Below are positions 1-11,125 of a stretch of DNA of 64,000 nucleotides, piece after piece. The stretch is taken from contig CBDCOH010000002.1 of NCBI GenBank assembly GCA_965219685.1, positions 2,304,001 to 2,368,000 on the forward strand, given 5' to 3'. The notes under the pieces are model-generated. The model was given only the letters and a program-made list of their open reading frames with translations. It had not been told where the DNA came from and did not search any database. The translations under genes and the position numbers were made by a program. The first letter of the stretch is position 1. Each line of letters opens with the position of its first letter. The DNA is from Candidatus Spongiisociaceae bacterium (GTDB taxonomy: Bacteria > Actinomycetota > Acidimicrobiia > Spongiisociales > Spongiisociaceae).

Positions 1-41
1 GTCCGGGGCTACCGCCTCCGTGCAGGGGACGGGCCCGGCTC

Positions 42-281
42 TCAGCCGGGTCGGGCTTCGGTCTCCGAACTGGTGGTCGCGGAAGTCGTCTGGGCCGTGG
101 CCGTCACCTGGCCGGCCGTGCCGTCCTCGGGATCCCCCAACCGACCCTCCTCGACACCCTTGCGGAACTCGCGGGCCGAGCTACCGAGTGAGCGGGCAAG
201 TTCAGGAAGTTTCTTGGCTCCGAAGAGCAGGATCACAACCACGAGGATGATGATGATCTCGCCGCCGCCTATCTTGGGCAT
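42..281 (-). CDS. tatA: Sec-independent protein translocase TatA
   Basis: MPKIGGGEIIIILVVVILLFGAKKLPELARSLGSSAREFRKG is the TatA signature; GGGAGG RBS upstream. Confidence 0.95.
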   Translation of the reverse strand: MPKIGGGEIIIILVVVILLFGAKKLPELARSLGSSAREFRKGVEEGRLGDPEDGTAGQVTATAQTTSATTSSETEARPG

Positions 282-386
282 TCGCTGTCCTCCCTTCCTC
301 GGACGCGTGATGTTACCACCGGCATATGGCTAGCGATCAGAGATCGTAGAGTGCTTAGAATCCATCCGCCGGGAGGAGGGCTGGGA

Positions 387-1745
387 CTAGCCCGCCAACC
401 AAGCCTCCCAAGCGGCGATCGCAGCCTCGATCTCTTCCGCCTCCACCCCGAACTCGGCAGCAGCCTGAGCGATCAACTCGTCTTCGGGTAACGTGCCATC
501 CTGCCCGTCGCGGTATTCGAGATACCTCCGGTACAGGTCCATCTGGGTGCCTGTGGGCAGGAGTCCCCAGTCCTTTTCGACCGTGTGATTCGCGACCTGG
601 TGTTCGGAGTAATCGCCCCTGTCGACCTCGCCGGCTCGGTTCCACTCCCCGAAGGGAGCGTGAATCCAGGTACCCAGGGTGTCGATACCCTCGGGGAAGT
701 GCACGAAGTAGATCGCCAGCGCCTGGTACTCGTCGCTGAGCCGGTACTCGAACCCCAGCCTCTCTCCCAACTGGCCCAAATCGGACCTGGTGGTACCTGC
801 CTCGACCTGGACCGTCAGCCAGATCCTCACGGCCCCCTCGACGCTGGAGTCCCCCTTTTCGACGACCTGGTAGTCGATGTCCGGGGCCGGCGGCACGCTA
901 CTCTGTCCGTCCGTATCCCCCTCGGTGGTGGTGGTCGTGTCCGCTTCGGTGGTGGTGGTCGTATCACCCGCGGTGGTGGTCGTTGTCTCGGCCTCCGTGG
1001 TGGTAGTCGTATCACCCGCGGTGGTGGTCGTTGTCTCGGCCTCGGTGGTGGTGGTCGTCTCCGCCACGGTCGTGCCGGTCGTGGGTAGCGACACCTCTGC
1101 CCCCCGGCCGATGATCTGCACTATCCGGTCGAACGCGCCTGCGAATCGTTCGTACGCCACGAGGAACTCGGCGACGGCGGCCCTCCGGCGCTCGCCGGTG
1201 TCGGGCGAACGCAATCCGGCCAGGGCGTCGGTTGCCGCATCGGCCATCTGGCCCAGTGCTACCCAAGCGGTCTGATGTTCCACCGGCAGGCCGCGATCCG
1301 GCGGCGGTTCGATCAACCCTATGTCGTCGCGCAGGGCGAGGGCCCGGGCCTCGATATCCACCAGTCTCTCTTCCGTTTGCGAGTAGGTCGCTCCACTCTC
1401 GGATCGGTTGTCCCAATCGTTGTTGGCGGACCTCATGTCCAGCACCAACTCGCCCACCCGTACGGCTATGCCCTGCATGTCCTGCAGGTAGTTGAGAACC
1501 TCTCGATTCGGGAAGGGCTCGGTGGTGGGAGTGGTGGTCGGTTGCGTTTCGGACACCGGAGACGTGGTGTCCACCACGGGGGTGGTGGTCGGGGTCGTCG
1601 CCCTCGTCGTGACGGTCGCCGCGGAGGTGTCCGGCTCTGCCCCGGGGTCGTCTCCGCACGCCGTGACGGCCACCAGCACGGACACTAGAGCGACCGCGAC
1701 CGTGGCCCTGCGAACGAGGGAAGAGAGAAGTTGTCCGTTCCGCAC
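387..1745 (-). CDS. Putative lipoprotein with Thr-rich low-complexity linkers
   Basis: Lipobox VTAC-GDD after a hydrophobic signal; GTG at 1745 lies 6 nt after a TACAGT -10 (leaderless); the longer ORF start overlaps whiB. Confidence 0.75.
   Translation of the reverse strand: MRNGQLLSSLVRRATVAVALVSVLVAVTACGDDPGAEPDTSAATVTTRATTPTTTPVVDTTSPVSETQPTTTPTTEPFPNREVLNYLQDMQGIAVRVGELVLDMRSANNDWDNRSESGATYSQTEERLVDIEARALALRDDIGLIEPPPDRGLPVEHQTAWVALGQMADAATDALAGLRSPDTGERRRAAVAEFLVAYERFAGAFDRIVQIIGRGAEVSLPTTGTTVAETTTTTEAETTTTTAGDTTTTTEAETTTTTAGDTTTTTEADTTTTTEGDTDGQSSVPPAPDIDYQVVEKGDSSVEGAVRIWLTVQVEAGTTRSDLGQLGERLGFEYRLSDEYQALAIYFVHFPEGIDTLGTWIHAPFGEWNRAGEVDRGDYSEHQVANHTVEKDWGLLPTGTQMDLYRRYLEYRDGQDGTLPEDELIAQAAAEFGVEAEEIEAAIAAWEAWLAG
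921..1064. repeat. Coding tandem repeat, 6 x 24 bp (TTTTTEAE/TTTTTAGD)
   Basis: Visible 24/48-bp periodicity inside the lipoprotein gene. Confidence 0.85.
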
Positions 1746-1786
1746 GCCCCTACTGTAACCGCTGGAGACAGGTAGGTCCGGGAGAA

Positions 1787-2080
1787 TCAGGACACCGCAC
1801 GCTCTAGCGCTTCCTGAGCGCGCTGCTTCCTGATCTTCCGCCGCTCCCGCTCGGACAGACCGCCCCAGATCCCGAACTTCTCGCCTCTCGTGACGGCATA
1901 CTCGAGGCAGTCCACCCTCACTTGGCATGCCGCGCAGATCTGCTTGGCGACCCGGGTCGAAGCACCGCGGTCCGGAAAGAACAGGTCCTCGTTGGCGCCC
2001 AGACAGTTGGCGTAGTCCTTCCAACCGAGTGGACCGATCGCCAAGGCGTCAATCAATTCACGGCGCACTACGGTCTCCAC
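1787..2080 (-). CDS. whiB: WhiB-family Fe-S transcriptional regulator
   Basis: Four Cys (ANC...ICAACQVRVDC) plus GIWGGLSERER motif. Confidence 0.95.
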   Translation of the reverse strand: METVVRRELIDALAIGPLGWKDYANCLGANEDLFFPDRGASTRVAKQICAACQVRVDCLEYAVTRGEKFGIWGGLSERERRKIRKQRAQEALERAVS

Positions 2081-2091
2081 TACATAGATGC

Positions 2092-2109
2092 AATTACAGC
2101 TATGTAATT
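2092..2109. promoter_or_regulatory. Palindromic operator-like site AATTACA-N4-TGTAATT between whiB and sdhC
   Basis: Perfect 7-bp AT-rich inverted repeat 12 nt upstream of the whiB start. Confidence 0.5.
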
Positions 2110-2184
2110 ATCACTGGAACCCCGGAGGAAGTCAAGTCCGGACGCGACTCCCGGCGGCCTCCGGTGGACCTGTAGACTGACAGC

Positions 2185-2928
2185 ATGTCACTCCCAAGAC
2201 TCCGGGGGCGCAAGCGGGAGCGGCGCCCGATGTGGCTCGCCGAAATCTACCGGACCGACACGGGCAAGAAGTATGCCATGGCGATTAGCGGCATTGCCCT
2301 GCTGCTATTCGTGTTCGGGCACATGATCGGGAACCTCCACACCTTCGAGGGCGCCCACGACGGCGTCTTCAGGATCGACGAGTACGGGGAAGCGCTCAGG
2401 GACCTGGGAGAACCCCTGTTCCCACGAACGCTGGTGCTCTGGGCCTTCTTCCGGTTGCCGCTCGCGGCCGCCTTCGCCATCCACATCCACTCCGCTTGGG
2501 CGCTGACCAGGAGCAACTCGGCCGCCCGGGACACCAAGTACCAGGCGCCGAGGGATTACCTGGCAGCCAACTACGCGAGTCGCACGATGCGCTGGAGCGG
2601 AATCATCGTGCTCCTCTTCCTGGTCTGGCACCTTGCGGACCTGACTATTGGCATCGCGGCCGTAAACCCCGACTTCCAGCGGGGAATGGTCTATCACAAC
2701 CTCGTGTCCAGCCTGAGCCGCTGGCCCGTCTGGATTCTCTACGTCGGTGCGCAGCTGGCTCTTGCGTTCCACATCTGGCACGGCGCTTGGAGTCTCTTCC
2801 AGAGCCTCGGTGTCAACAATCCCCGCTTCAACCGGTACCGCAGGACCTTCGCCAACGTCTTCTCGGCTGTGGTCGTCGCCGGCTTCATCTCCGTGCCGCT
2901 CGCGGTGGCGCTCGACGTCGTCCGGTAG
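2185..2928 (+). CDS. sdhC: Succinate dehydrogenase/fumarate reductase cytochrome b subunit
   Basis: TGKKYAMAISG...HMIGNL, ASRTMRWSG, HIWHG motifs; TAGACT -10 6 nt before ATG (leaderless). Confidence 0.93.
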   Translation: MSLPRLRGRKRERRPMWLAEIYRTDTGKKYAMAISGIALLLFVFGHMIGNLHTFEGAHDGVFRIDEYGEALRDLGEPLFPRTLVLWAFFRLPLAAAFAIHIHSAWALTRSNSAARDTKYQAPRDYLAANYASRTMRWSGIIVLLFLVWHLADLTIGIAAVNPDFQRGMVYHNLVSSLSRWPVWILYVGAQLALAFHIWHGAWSLFQSLGVNNPRFNRYRRTFANVFSAVVVAGFISVPLAVALDVVR

Positions 2929-2940
2929 GGACGCGACGAG

Positions 2941-4857
2941 GTGCAAGTGCTGGACGCACGAACCCCGCTGGGACCCATCGAGGATCGCTGGGACAACCAC
3001 AGATTCTCGATGAAACTGGTCAACCCCGCCAACAAGCGCCGCTTCGATGTCATCGTCGTGGGTACAGGACTCGCGGGCGCGTCGGCAGCGGCCACACTCG
3101 GAGAACTGGGCTACAGCGTCAAGGCCTTCACGTACCACGACTCGGCGCGGCGCGCCCATTCCATCGCCGCCCAGGGAGGCATCAACGCCGCCAAGAACTA
3201 CGCCAACGACGGGGACTCCGTGTTCCGCCTCTTCTACGACACTGTCAAGGGGGGCGACTACCGGTCCCGCGAGTCGAACGTCTACCGGCTGGCGCAGCTG
3301 TCGCTGGAGATCATCGACCAATGCACCGCCCAAGGCGTTCCTTTCGCCCGAGAGTACGGGGGGCTGCTCGCCAACCGCTCCTTCGGCGGTGCTCAGGTCT
3401 CGCGGACCTTCTACGCCAGGGGGCAGACGGGCCAGCAACTCCTACTCGGCGCCTATCAGGCGATGATGCGCCAGGTCGACCTGGGCACAGTGGAACTGCA
3501 CACGCAGACCGAGATGCTCGACGTGGTGGTCAAGGAAGGACGAGCGGTGGGCATTATCACGCGCGATCTGGTGAACGGCCAGGTCAGATCGCACTCGGCC
3601 CACGCCGTTCTACTCGCCACCGGTGGCTACAGCAACGTCTTCTATCTCTCTACGAACGCGATGAAGTGCAACGTCACGGCCATCTGGAGAGCCCACCGGA
3701 AGGGTGCCCTGTTCGCGAACCCCTGTTTCACGCAGATCCATCCCACGTGCATTCCCGCCTCCGACGAGTTCCAGTCCAAGCTGACCCTGATGTCCGAGTC
3801 GCTCCGCAACGACGGACGCATCTGGGTTCCCCGCCGCCCGCGGGACGAGCGTGAGCCCGGAGACATCCCGGAGTCCGAGCGTGACTACTACCTGGAGAGG
3901 CGCTATCCGGCGTTCGGCAACCTGGTCCCTCGGGACGTGGCATCCCGCGCGGCGAAGCTCGAAGTAGACGGGATGAAGGGGGTGGGACCACTCAGGAACG
4001 GCGTGTATCTCGACTTCGAGGAACCCATCTCCCGCCTGGGCGAGGACCTGATCCGCGAGCGTTACGGGAACCTCTTCGACATGTACCTGAGGATCACCGG
4101 CGAGAACCCCTACAAGGTACCGATGCGCATCTATCCGGCAGTTCACTACACGATGGGCGGCCTGTGGGTGGACTACAACCTGATGACCACGATTCCGGGC
4201 CTATACGCACTCGGAGAGGCCAACTTCTCCGATCATGGCGCCAACCGCCTGGGAGCCTCGGCCCTGATGCAAGGATTGGCGGACGGCTATTTCGTCGTTC
4301 CGTACACGATTGCCGACTACCTGGCCCCCCTCCTCGGGGACAAGGCTGTGCCTACGGACGATCCTGCGTTCCGGCAAGCCGAGTCCGGCATCATCGACGA
4401 CACCGGGCGCTATCTCTCGATAGGGGGAACCCGGTCGGTGGATTGGTTCCATCGGGAACTCGGCAAGATCGTCTGGCAGTACTGCGGCATGGAGCGGAAC
4501 GCACCGGGACTCGAGCGGGCCATCTCCGACATCGAAGCCCTCAAGGGTGAGTTCGATACCGATCTCCGAGTGCTGGGCGACAGCGACTCACTCAACCAGT
4601 CGCTGGAGAAGGCTGCCCGGGTGAACGACTTCTTCGAGTTGGCGGTACTCATGTGTCGGGACGCTCTGAACAGGGAAGAGTCATGCGGAGGCCATTTCCG
4701 GGCGGAGCACAAGACGGCGGAGGGCGAGGCCCTGCGCGACGACGAGCGCTTCAGTTACGTGGCGGCCTGGGAGTGGGCCGGAGGGGCAGTCCCGACCGTG
4801 CACCGTGAGGACCTGGACTTCGAGTACGCCCAGCCGAGCCAGCGCAGCTACAAGTAG
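2941..4857 (+). CDS. sdhA: Succinate dehydrogenase/fumarate reductase flavoprotein subunit
   Basis: GTGLAG FAD motif, [26 protein letters not shown]. Confidence 0.97.
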   Translation: MQVLDARTPLGPIEDRWDNHRFSMKLVNPANKRRFDVIVVGTGLAGASAAATLGELGYSVKAFTYHDSARRAHSIAAQGGINAAKNYANDGDSVFRLFYDTVKGGDYRSRESNVYRLAQLSLEIIDQCTAQGVPFAREYGGLLANRSFGGAQVSRTFYARGQTGQQLLLGAYQAMMRQVDLGTVELHTQTEMLDVVVKEGRAVGIITRDLVNGQVRSHSAHAVLLATGGYSNVFYLSTNAMKCNVTAIWRAHRKGALFANPCFTQIHPTCIPASDEFQSKLTLMSESLRNDGRIWVPRRPRDEREPGDIPESERDYYLERRYPAFGNLVPRDVASRAAKLEVDGMKGVGPLRNGVYLDFEEPISRLGEDLIRERYGNLFDMYLRITGENPYKVPMRIYPAVHYTMGGLWVDYNLMTTIPGLYALGEANFSDHGANRLGASALMQGLADGYFVVPYTIADYLAPLLGDKAVPTDDPAFRQAESGIIDDTGRYLSIGGTRSVDWFHRELGKIVWQYCGMERNAPGLERAISDIEALKGEFDTDLRVLGDSDSLNQSLEKAARVNDFFELAVLMCRDALNREESCGGHFRAEHKTAEGEALRDDERFSYVAAWEWAGGAVPTVHREDLDFEYAQPSQRSYK

Positions 4858-4866
4858 GGGGAGCAG

Positions 4867-5628
4867 ATGGATCTGACGTTGAGGGTGTGGCGGCAGGAGG
4901 GCCCTGACGACGAGGGACGCTTCGAGACGTACGAGGCCGCCGCCATCAGCGAGGACATGTCCTTCCTCGAGATGCTGGATGTCGTGAACGAGAGCCTGGT
5001 GACAGCCGGGCGGGAACCGATCGCCTTCGATCATGATTGCCGGGAGGGCATCTGTGGCACCTGCGGGCTCATGATCAACGGGCGCGCCCATGGACCGCAG
5101 GCCAGCACAGCCACCTGCCAACTTCACATGCGGGAGTTCAGCGACGGCGACACCATCTTCATCGAGCCGTGGCGCGCTACCGCCTTTCCGGTCATCCGTG
5201 ATCTGGTGGTGGATCGGACCGCATTCGATCACATCATCGAAGCAGGCGGCTACATCAGCGCCCCAACAGGATCGGCCCCCGAGGCGAACCTCATCCCCGT
5301 CCCCAAGGAGACGGCGGATGCCGCCATGGACGCGGCCGCCTGCATCGGCTGCGCCGCCTGTGTCGCAGCATGCCCCAACGGCGCGGCCCAACTCTTCACT
5401 GCCGCAAAGGTCGCCCACCTAAACCTGCTGCCGCAAGGGGGGCCGGAGCGCTGGCAACGCGTGGAGCGGATGGTGGAGACGATGGAGCGATACTTCGGCT
5501 CCTGCACGAACCACGGCGAATGCGAGAGCGCATGCCCTAAGGACATCTCGCTCGACAACATCGCTCTCATGAACCGCGACTACCTGCAGGCGAAGCTCCG
5601 GAATCGCAAGCTGGCAGGACAGCGGTGA
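4867..5628 (+). CDS. sdhB: Succinate dehydrogenase/fumarate reductase Fe-S subunit
   Basis: [33 protein letters not shown]. Confidence 0.97.
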   Translation: MDLTLRVWRQEGPDDEGRFETYEAAAISEDMSFLEMLDVVNESLVTAGREPIAFDHDCREGICGTCGLMINGRAHGPQASTATCQLHMREFSDGDTIFIEPWRATAFPVIRDLVVDRTAFDHIIEAGGYISAPTGSAPEANLIPVPKETADAAMDAAACIGCAACVAACPNGAAQLFTAAKVAHLNLLPQGGPERWQRVERMVETMERYFGSCTNHGECESACPKDISLDNIALMNRDYLQAKLRNRKLAGQR

Positions 5629-5758
5629 GTGGTGAATGGTGAATGGTGAATGGTGAATGGTGAATGGTGAATGGTGGGGTTCTAGTACATCACGAAACAC
5701 GGATCAACCAAGCACAAGCCAACTAGCCACAACCCACTAGCTGCAAGCTACCAACTAC
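5624..5758. repeat. Bipartite heptamer element: (GGTGAAT)x6, spacer, degenerate C/A-rich heptamers
   Basis: Array overlaps the sdhB TGA; degenerate CAACCAA/CAAGCCA/CAACTAG-type units run up to the next RBS. Confidence 0.85.
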
Positions 5759-5770
5759 GGAGGACTGTCC

Positions 5771-6160
5771 ATGGGAGTCAAGTTCCTAACCGCCGAATGG
5801 GCGGAGGCCGCAACGGAGGCCTTGTCCGATCATGGTAGGTTCGCATCCGCCATCGAGGGGGTTAACCTGGCGCTCCAGTTCGAGGTGGCCGGCTGTCCAG
5901 CCAACGCGGAGACTTCATACCACGTCAAGGTGGCGAACGGATCCGCAGCCATCAGGATGGGCACAGCCAGGAAAGCTGACATCTCGGTGAGCACCGACTA
6001 CCCGGTTGCTGTTGCTATCTCCAAGGGTGAACTGAACGTTCAGACAGCCTTCTTTGCGGGAAAGCTGAGGGTGAACGGAAACCTCGCCAAGCTCATGCTG
6101 CACCAAGCAGCTCTCGGACCGCTGGCAGCAGCCGTATCCACGCTCGACGTCGAGTATTGA
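5771..6160 (+). CDS. SCP2 sterol-binding domain protein
   Basis: KFLTAEWAE...ELNVQTAFFAGKLRVNGNLAKLM SCP2 pattern. Confidence 0.85.
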   Translation: MGVKFLTAEWAEAATEALSDHGRFASAIEGVNLALQFEVAGCPANAETSYHVKVANGSAAIRMGTARKADISVSTDYPVAVAISKGELNVQTAFFAGKLRVNGNLAKLMLHQAALGPLAAAVSTLDVEY

Positions 6161-6226
6161 GTAGTGAATGGTGAATAGTGAATAGTGAATGGTCGCACCC
6201 ACTCACTACTCACTACTCACTACTAA
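6158..6226. repeat. Bipartite heptamer element (TAGTGAA/TGGTGAA)n-GGTCGCACCC-(ACTCACT)n between convergent genes
   Basis: The two arrays are near reverse complements and each abuts a stop codon. Confidence 0.85.
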
Positions 6227-6498
6227 CTATTCACGGTCTCCTTCAGCGACCGGGAGGCCTTGAACGTGGGAGCCCTGCTCGCGGCAATCGGTAGGGGTTC
6301 TCCCGTGCGGGGATTGCGTCCCATCCGAGCGGGGCGTTCGCGCACATCGAAAGTTCCGAACCCCGTAACCTGAACCCGGACCCCGTCCTTGAGAGCAGCG
6401 GCGATCGCATTGAAGATGGAGTCGACCCCGGCCGCGGCACGTGCCCTCGACATTCCCGTCTCGTAAGCCACTATGTAGGCTAGGTCCTTCTTGTTCAT
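6223..6498 (-). CDS. hup: HU family DNA-binding protein
   Basis: MNKKDL...GFGTFDVRERPARMGRNPRTGE...PTFKAS; GGAGGAG RBS before ATG 6498. Confidence 0.95.
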   Translation of the reverse strand: MNKKDLAYIVAYETGMSRARAAAGVDSIFNAIAAALKDGVRVQVTGFGTFDVRERPARMGRNPRTGEPLPIAASRAPTFKASRSLKETVNS

Positions 6499-6664
6499 AC
6501 GAACTCCTCCGTCTCTGCAAGCGGTCTCCACGAGATCGACAGCTTCCGGATGTTACGGCGTCCCGCGTCTATCGCAATCCAGTCCGTGATCGCTGGGGAA
6601 CGCATCGGCATGTTGACGCCTCCACGCGACGATCCTGCACTCTGGCAGAACCATGGCCTCGGGT

Positions 6665-7618
6665 TCAATCCACCACGAGCTCGGCGAGCTCAGCCACCTT
6701 TGCCCTCACCGCGTCCGCGGCCTCGTGCAGGTCATGTCTCTCCCTATCGGTCAGGGGCAACTCGAGGATCTCCTCCACACCCCCCGCCCCGAGTCTCGCG
6801 GGAACGCCGAGGTACACGTCCGAGACGCCGTACTGGCCCGTCAACCAGGCACAGACCGGAGCGGTGTACGGATCGTCGTTCAGGACCGCCCGCGCCATGA
6901 CGGCCGCAGCGGACGACGGGGCATAGTAGGCACTTCCCGTTCTCAGCAGCCCGACGATCTCCGCTCCCCCGGCCCGAGTGCGCTCCACCAAGGCGTCGAT
7001 CTCGTTCTCGGGCAGGAGTTCGACCAATGGTGTGTCACGAACGAAGCACTGCGAGGGAACAGGCACCATGGTGTCACCGTGACTACCCAGAGTCAGCGCC
7101 CTGACGGAAAGGACATCGGCGCCGAGCCGCTCGGCTATGAAGTGGGCGAACCTAGCGGAGTCGAGGATTCCGGCCTGGCCCATGACCCTGTGCCGCGGAA
7201 GGCCGCTGACGTCGGCGGCCAGGAGGGTCATCTGGTCAAGTGGGTTGGTGACCACGATGATCGTCACGTCGGGCGAGCGCGCCACCAACTCCTCCGTCAC
7301 CTGCTTGACGATGCGGGCGTTGACGGCGAGGAGGTCCATCCGCGACATACCCGGCTTGCGGGGAAGGCCGGCCGTGATGATGGCCACGTCACTCCCCGCA
7401 GTCGCCTCGTAGTCGTTGGTCCCGATAACCAGGGTCCGGTAGCCTTCGATCGGCCGGGACTGGTTCATGTCGAGGGCCAGACCCTGCGGGAGTCCCTCGA
7501 CTATGTCGGTCATGACCACCTCGTCGGCGATGTCCCATCCGGCGAGTCTCTGCACGGCGGTCGACCCGTACTTGCCCGCCCCAACGACTGTGATCTTCTT
7601 CGTTGCGTCGTTCCCCAT
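6665..7618 (-). CDS. mdh: Malate dehydrogenase (LDH-like)
   Basis: GAGKYG, TAGLPRKPGMSRMDLL, LDSARF, LGSHGD. Confidence 0.95.
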   Translation of the reverse strand: MGNDATKKITVVGAGKYGSTAVQRLAGWDIADEVVMTDIVEGLPQGLALDMNQSRPIEGYRTLVIGTNDYEATAGSDVAIITAGLPRKPGMSRMDLLAVNARIVKQVTEELVARSPDVTIIVVTNPLDQMTLLAADVSGLPRHRVMGQAGILDSARFAHFIAERLGADVLSVRALTLGSHGDTMVPVPSQCFVRDTPLVELLPENEIDALVERTRAGGAEIVGLLRTGSAYYAPSSAAAVMARAVLNDDPYTAPVCAWLTGQYGVSDVYLGVPARLGAGGVEEILELPLTDRERHDLHEAADAVRAKVAELAELVVD

Positions 7619-7655
7619 TCAGTTCTCCGCTGGTGTTCAGGAGTACCGCCCGATA

Positions 7656-8927
7656 CTACATGTAGGCCCTCAGATGGCTGGGCGCCCTTCTGGTGCCGTG
7701 CAGGGCTGCGTACTCCTCGATTATCGGCATCCTCTCGATCATCTCAGTCGCGAACTGGGAGGTCTTCACCTCGGTGGCGAACTTCATGAGCCGCGCCAAG
7801 TCGTACGTCACGATGCGATCGCCGATGACCGCCTCGAGGCTGGCCTCGATCAGATCGGCGGCCTCGACCCACCCCATGTAGCGGAACATGTTGGCCCCGG
7901 AGAGTATCAGGGAGCCGGGATTGACCTTGTCCAACCCCGCATACTTGGGTGCGGTGCCGTGGGTCGCTTCGAAGAGGGCGTGACCGGTGGTGTAGTTGAT
8001 GTTGCCTCCGGGGGCCAGCCCGATGCCGCCTACCTGGGCTGCGAGAGCGTCGGACAGATAGTCACCATTGAGGTTGGTGGTGGCGATGACGTCGTAGTTG
8101 GCGGGGCGGGTGAGGATCTGCTGGAGCATCGCGTCGGCGATCACGTCCTGAACAAGGATCTTGTCCCCCGGATCACCGCCGCTGTCCTCCCACGACACCG
8201 TCTCGTCGGGGAATTCCTCCCGCGCCACCTCGTATCCCCAGCTGCGAAAGGCTCCCTCCGTGAACTTCATTATGTTGCCCTTGTGGACCAGGGTCACAGA
8301 CCTGCGACCGAAGGTGATCGCATACCGGATCGCCGCCCTGACCAGACGCTTGGATCCGGTGACGGAGATCGGTTTGATGCCGATGCCCGAGTCCTCCCGG
8401 ATGTCCCACCCGTAGCACTCCGAAAGAAACGCGCGCAACCGGGCCGCGTCGAGCGTGCCCTGTTCCACTTCCTTGCCGGCGTAGACATCTTCGGTGTTCT
8501 CCCTGAAAATAACCATGTCAACCAGGTGCGGGGTCCGGATCGGGGACGGGATCCCCCGGAACCACCGGACCGGCCGGAGGCAAACGTAGAGATCAAGAGT
8601 CTGGCGGAGGGTGACATTCAGCGAGCGGATTCCTCCTCCCACCGGGGTGGTCAGAGGCCCCTTGATACCGACCAGATGAGACCACAGGACCTCGAGGGTC
8701 TCCCCCGGCAGCCACTCGCCCGAGCCTTCGTACGCCTTCTCGCCGGCCAGCACCTCGAGCCACTCGACACTCCGATCACCCAGGTAGACATGCTCCACCG
8801 CCGCGTCGAACACCCTTCGCGCCGCCGACCAGATATCGGGCCCGATCCCATCACCTTCTATAAAAGGGATGATCGGCTGATCGGGAACCACCAACCCGGC
8901 ATCCCCCATCGAGATACGTTCCGGCAT
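7656..8927 (-). CDS. icd: NADP-dependent isocitrate dehydrogenase
   Basis: [42 protein letters not shown]; AGGAG RBS before ATG 8927. Confidence 0.96.
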   Translation of the reverse strand: MPERISMGDAGLVVPDQPIIPFIEGDGIGPDIWSAARRVFDAAVEHVYLGDRSVEWLEVLAGEKAYEGSGEWLPGETLEVLWSHLVGIKGPLTTPVGGGIRSLNVTLRQTLDLYVCLRPVRWFRGIPSPIRTPHLVDMVIFRENTEDVYAGKEVEQGTLDAARLRAFLSECYGWDIREDSGIGIKPISVTGSKRLVRAAIRYAITFGRRSVTLVHKGNIMKFTEGAFRSWGYEVAREEFPDETVSWEDSGGDPGDKILVQDVIADAMLQQILTRPANYDVIATTNLNGDYLSDALAAQVGGIGLAPGGNINYTTGHALFEATHGTAPKYAGLDKVNPGSLILSGANMFRYMGWVEAADLIEASLEAVIGDRIVTYDLARLMKFATEVKTSQFATEMIERMPIIEEYAALHGTRRAPSHLRAYM

Positions 8928-9060
8928 AGACACTCCTGTAGTATTCCGGGTCGCCGAGCCTAGCGGTCTGCGCGCCGACAGAGCGCCCGTCGCGGTCCGC
9001 CGGGGACGCCACCTGGCACGACGCCGCGACGTCGCCGACCCTTCGGGATATCCTGCACCG

Positions 9061-10116
9061 ATGGTGCGTTCCCTGTGCGTCGCGGAGTTCCGGATCCCGC
9101 TCCGCCGCCCGTTCTCCAATGCACGCTCTGCGGTCTCCCATCGCCAGGTCGTGCTCGTAGGCGTCGAGGAGTCGGGAGTCACAGGCTGGGGTGAAGCGGC
9201 TCCGTACCCAGCCCTCACGCCGGAGAGCACCGATGACGTCTGGAGGGCTCTCCGGGACGAGGGACTCGCCATGCTCGGGGGCAAGGCGCCGGCGCTGCCT
9301 GCCACTGCAGCCGCCGCGTTCGACCAGGCCCTGGAGGATCTGGCGGCCCGGCGGGCAGGGGAGTCCCTCACCTCGCGCCTGGGCGGTTCGATACGCCCGG
9401 TCAGAGCCTGCGCGGCTGTCGGCCTGGAGGAGTCACCCGCCGAGACGGTAGATCAGGTGGGCCAGGCGGTCGAAGCGGGGATCCGGGAAGTGAAGATCAA
9501 GATCGAACCGGGTAGGGACCTCGACTACCTGCAAGCAGTGAGAGACCGGTATCCGGACCTGGCCGTAGCAGCCGATGCCAATGGCAGCTACCGGATCGGG
9601 GACCGGTTCCTCGATGTCGTGGACAGCCTCGCGCTCTCGTACCTGGAGCAGCCCCTTGCGCCAGGCCGTCTAGCCGGCCACGCCTCGCTGCGCGAACGTC
9701 TCGCCACACCGGTGTGCCTGGACGAATCGACGACTACTTCCGCCGGAGCGAGAGTGGCGATAGAAGACGGTGTGGCTGACATCATCAGCCTGAAACCGGG
9801 CCTCCTCGGCGTCTCGGCGGTGCGGCACCTGATGGAACGCGCCGAGCGAGCCGGGGTGGCGGTCAAGATCGGTGGTTTGGTGGAGACTTCGGTAGGGCGG
9901 GCTCACGCGCTGGCTCTCGCCACGAGCCCTTTGGTGCAGTTCACCGACCTGGTCCCGCCGCTGTGGCTGCTGGCCGGTGACGTGTCGCCCCACACTTGGC
10001 GACTCGTGGACGGCCACCTCTCCCCCGCGGAAGGACCCGGCCTGGGTGTCGCGGTCGATCCCTTGGCAGGAACCGGCGCCCGCTACCTGGTTCGTGCCGC
10101 GAGCGTTAGGTATTAG
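9061..10116 (+). CDS. menC: Enolase-superfamily o-succinylbenzoate synthase/NSAR-like protein
   Basis: [39 protein letters not shown]. Confidence 0.75.
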   Translation: MVRSLCVAEFRIPLRRPFSNARSAVSHRQVVLVGVEESGVTGWGEAAPYPALTPESTDDVWRALRDEGLAMLGGKAPALPATAAAAFDQALEDLAARRAGESLTSRLGGSIRPVRACAAVGLEESPAETVDQVGQAVEAGIREVKIKIEPGRDLDYLQAVRDRYPDLAVAADANGSYRIGDRFLDVVDSLALSYLEQPLAPGRLAGHASLRERLATPVCLDESTTTSAGARVAIEDGVADIISLKPGLLGVSAVRHLMERAERAGVAVKIGGLVETSVGRAHALALATSPLVQFTDLVPPLWLLAGDVSPHTWRLVDGHLSPAEGPGLGVAVDPLAGTGARYLVRAASVRY

Positions 10117-10200
10117 GTATTAGGTGTTAGGTAATGTTAACCTATGGGATTGATAGACTACTCACTACTCACTACTCACTACTCACCACTCACCACTCAC
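10105..10200. repeat. Bipartite heptamer element (TTAGGTR)x4-AATGTTAACC core-(ACTACTC)x4(ACCACTC)x2
   Basis: Both convergent genes end inside the arrays (menC-like ...VRY*, folD ...GEW*). Confidence 0.9.
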
Positions 10201-11056
10201 CGCCGGCCCTGTTCTCTGCGGCGAGGGTCGTGTTGCGCATGAGCATGGCCACGGTCATCGGGCCCACGCCTCCGGGAACGGGGGTTATCGCGTCGGCGAC
10301 CCGCGCCACGTCCCGGAAGGCGACATCTCCCACGAGGCGACCGGAATCCGTGCGGTTGATCCCGACGTCTATGACCACCGCCCCCGGGCGGACGTGGTCG
10401 GACGTGATCATCTCGGGCCTGCCCACTGCCACCACCAGGATGTCCGCGCGGCGTGTCACCTCGGGAAGGGACCTCGTCCTCGAATGGGCGATGGTCACGG
10501 TGGCATCGACACCCCGGCTGGCCAGCAGCAGCGCCAACGGCCTACCAACCAGGAAGGACCTTCCCACCACCACGACATCGGCCCCCTGCACGGGGACGCC
10601 GTAGTGCTCGAGGATCCGCATGCAACCGCTCGGCGTGCATGGGACGAGACCGGGGCGGTCGAGCACGATCCTTCCCAGATTGGCGGGATGGAGGCCGTCC
10701 ACGTCCTTGACAGGATCGATTACCTGGGTGGCGGCTTGATCGTCGAGACCGGCCGGAAGCGGTAACTGCAGGAGTATCCCGTCGACCCTGCCGTCGTTGT
10801 TGAGGCCGTCCAGCAGGCCGGTTACCTCGCCCTGTGTGGCGTCGGCCCCTAGTTCATGGTGTACCGAACGGATGCCGGCCTCCGCGGCTCGACGGCGCTT
10901 GGAACGAACGTAGGTAGCCGAGGCCGGATCGTCGCCTACCAGAACGGTTGCCAGGGTCACGTCCTTGCCTGCTGCCGCGAGGGCCGCCACTCGGCCGCGG
11001 ACCTCGTCCAGAACCGCCGCGGCCACTAGTTTCCCATCAAGAACGGTTGCCGACAT
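10190..11056 (-). CDS. folD: Bifunctional methylenetetrahydrofolate dehydrogenase/cyclohydrolase
   Basis: KDVDGLHP, PCTPSG, VVVGRSFLVGRP, ITPVPGGVGPMT. Confidence 0.96.
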   Translation of the reverse strand: MSATVLDGKLVAAAVLDEVRGRVAALAAAGKDVTLATVLVGDDPASATYVRSKRRRAAEAGIRSVHHELGADATQGEVTGLLDGLNNDGRVDGILLQLPLPAGLDDQAATQVIDPVKDVDGLHPANLGRIVLDRPGLVPCTPSGCMRILEHYGVPVQGADVVVVGRSFLVGRPLALLLASRGVDATVTIAHSRTRSLPEVTRRADILVVAVGRPEMITSDHVRPGAVVIDVGINRTDSGRLVGDVAFRDVARVADAITPVPGGVGPMTVAMLMRNTTLAAENRAGGEW

Positions 11057-11125
11057 CACCTCTCCTATCGGTTCGTCCAACCGACGGCAAACGGTATCAA
11101 ACCGGCTGGCGCTTTGTCCGGGGGA

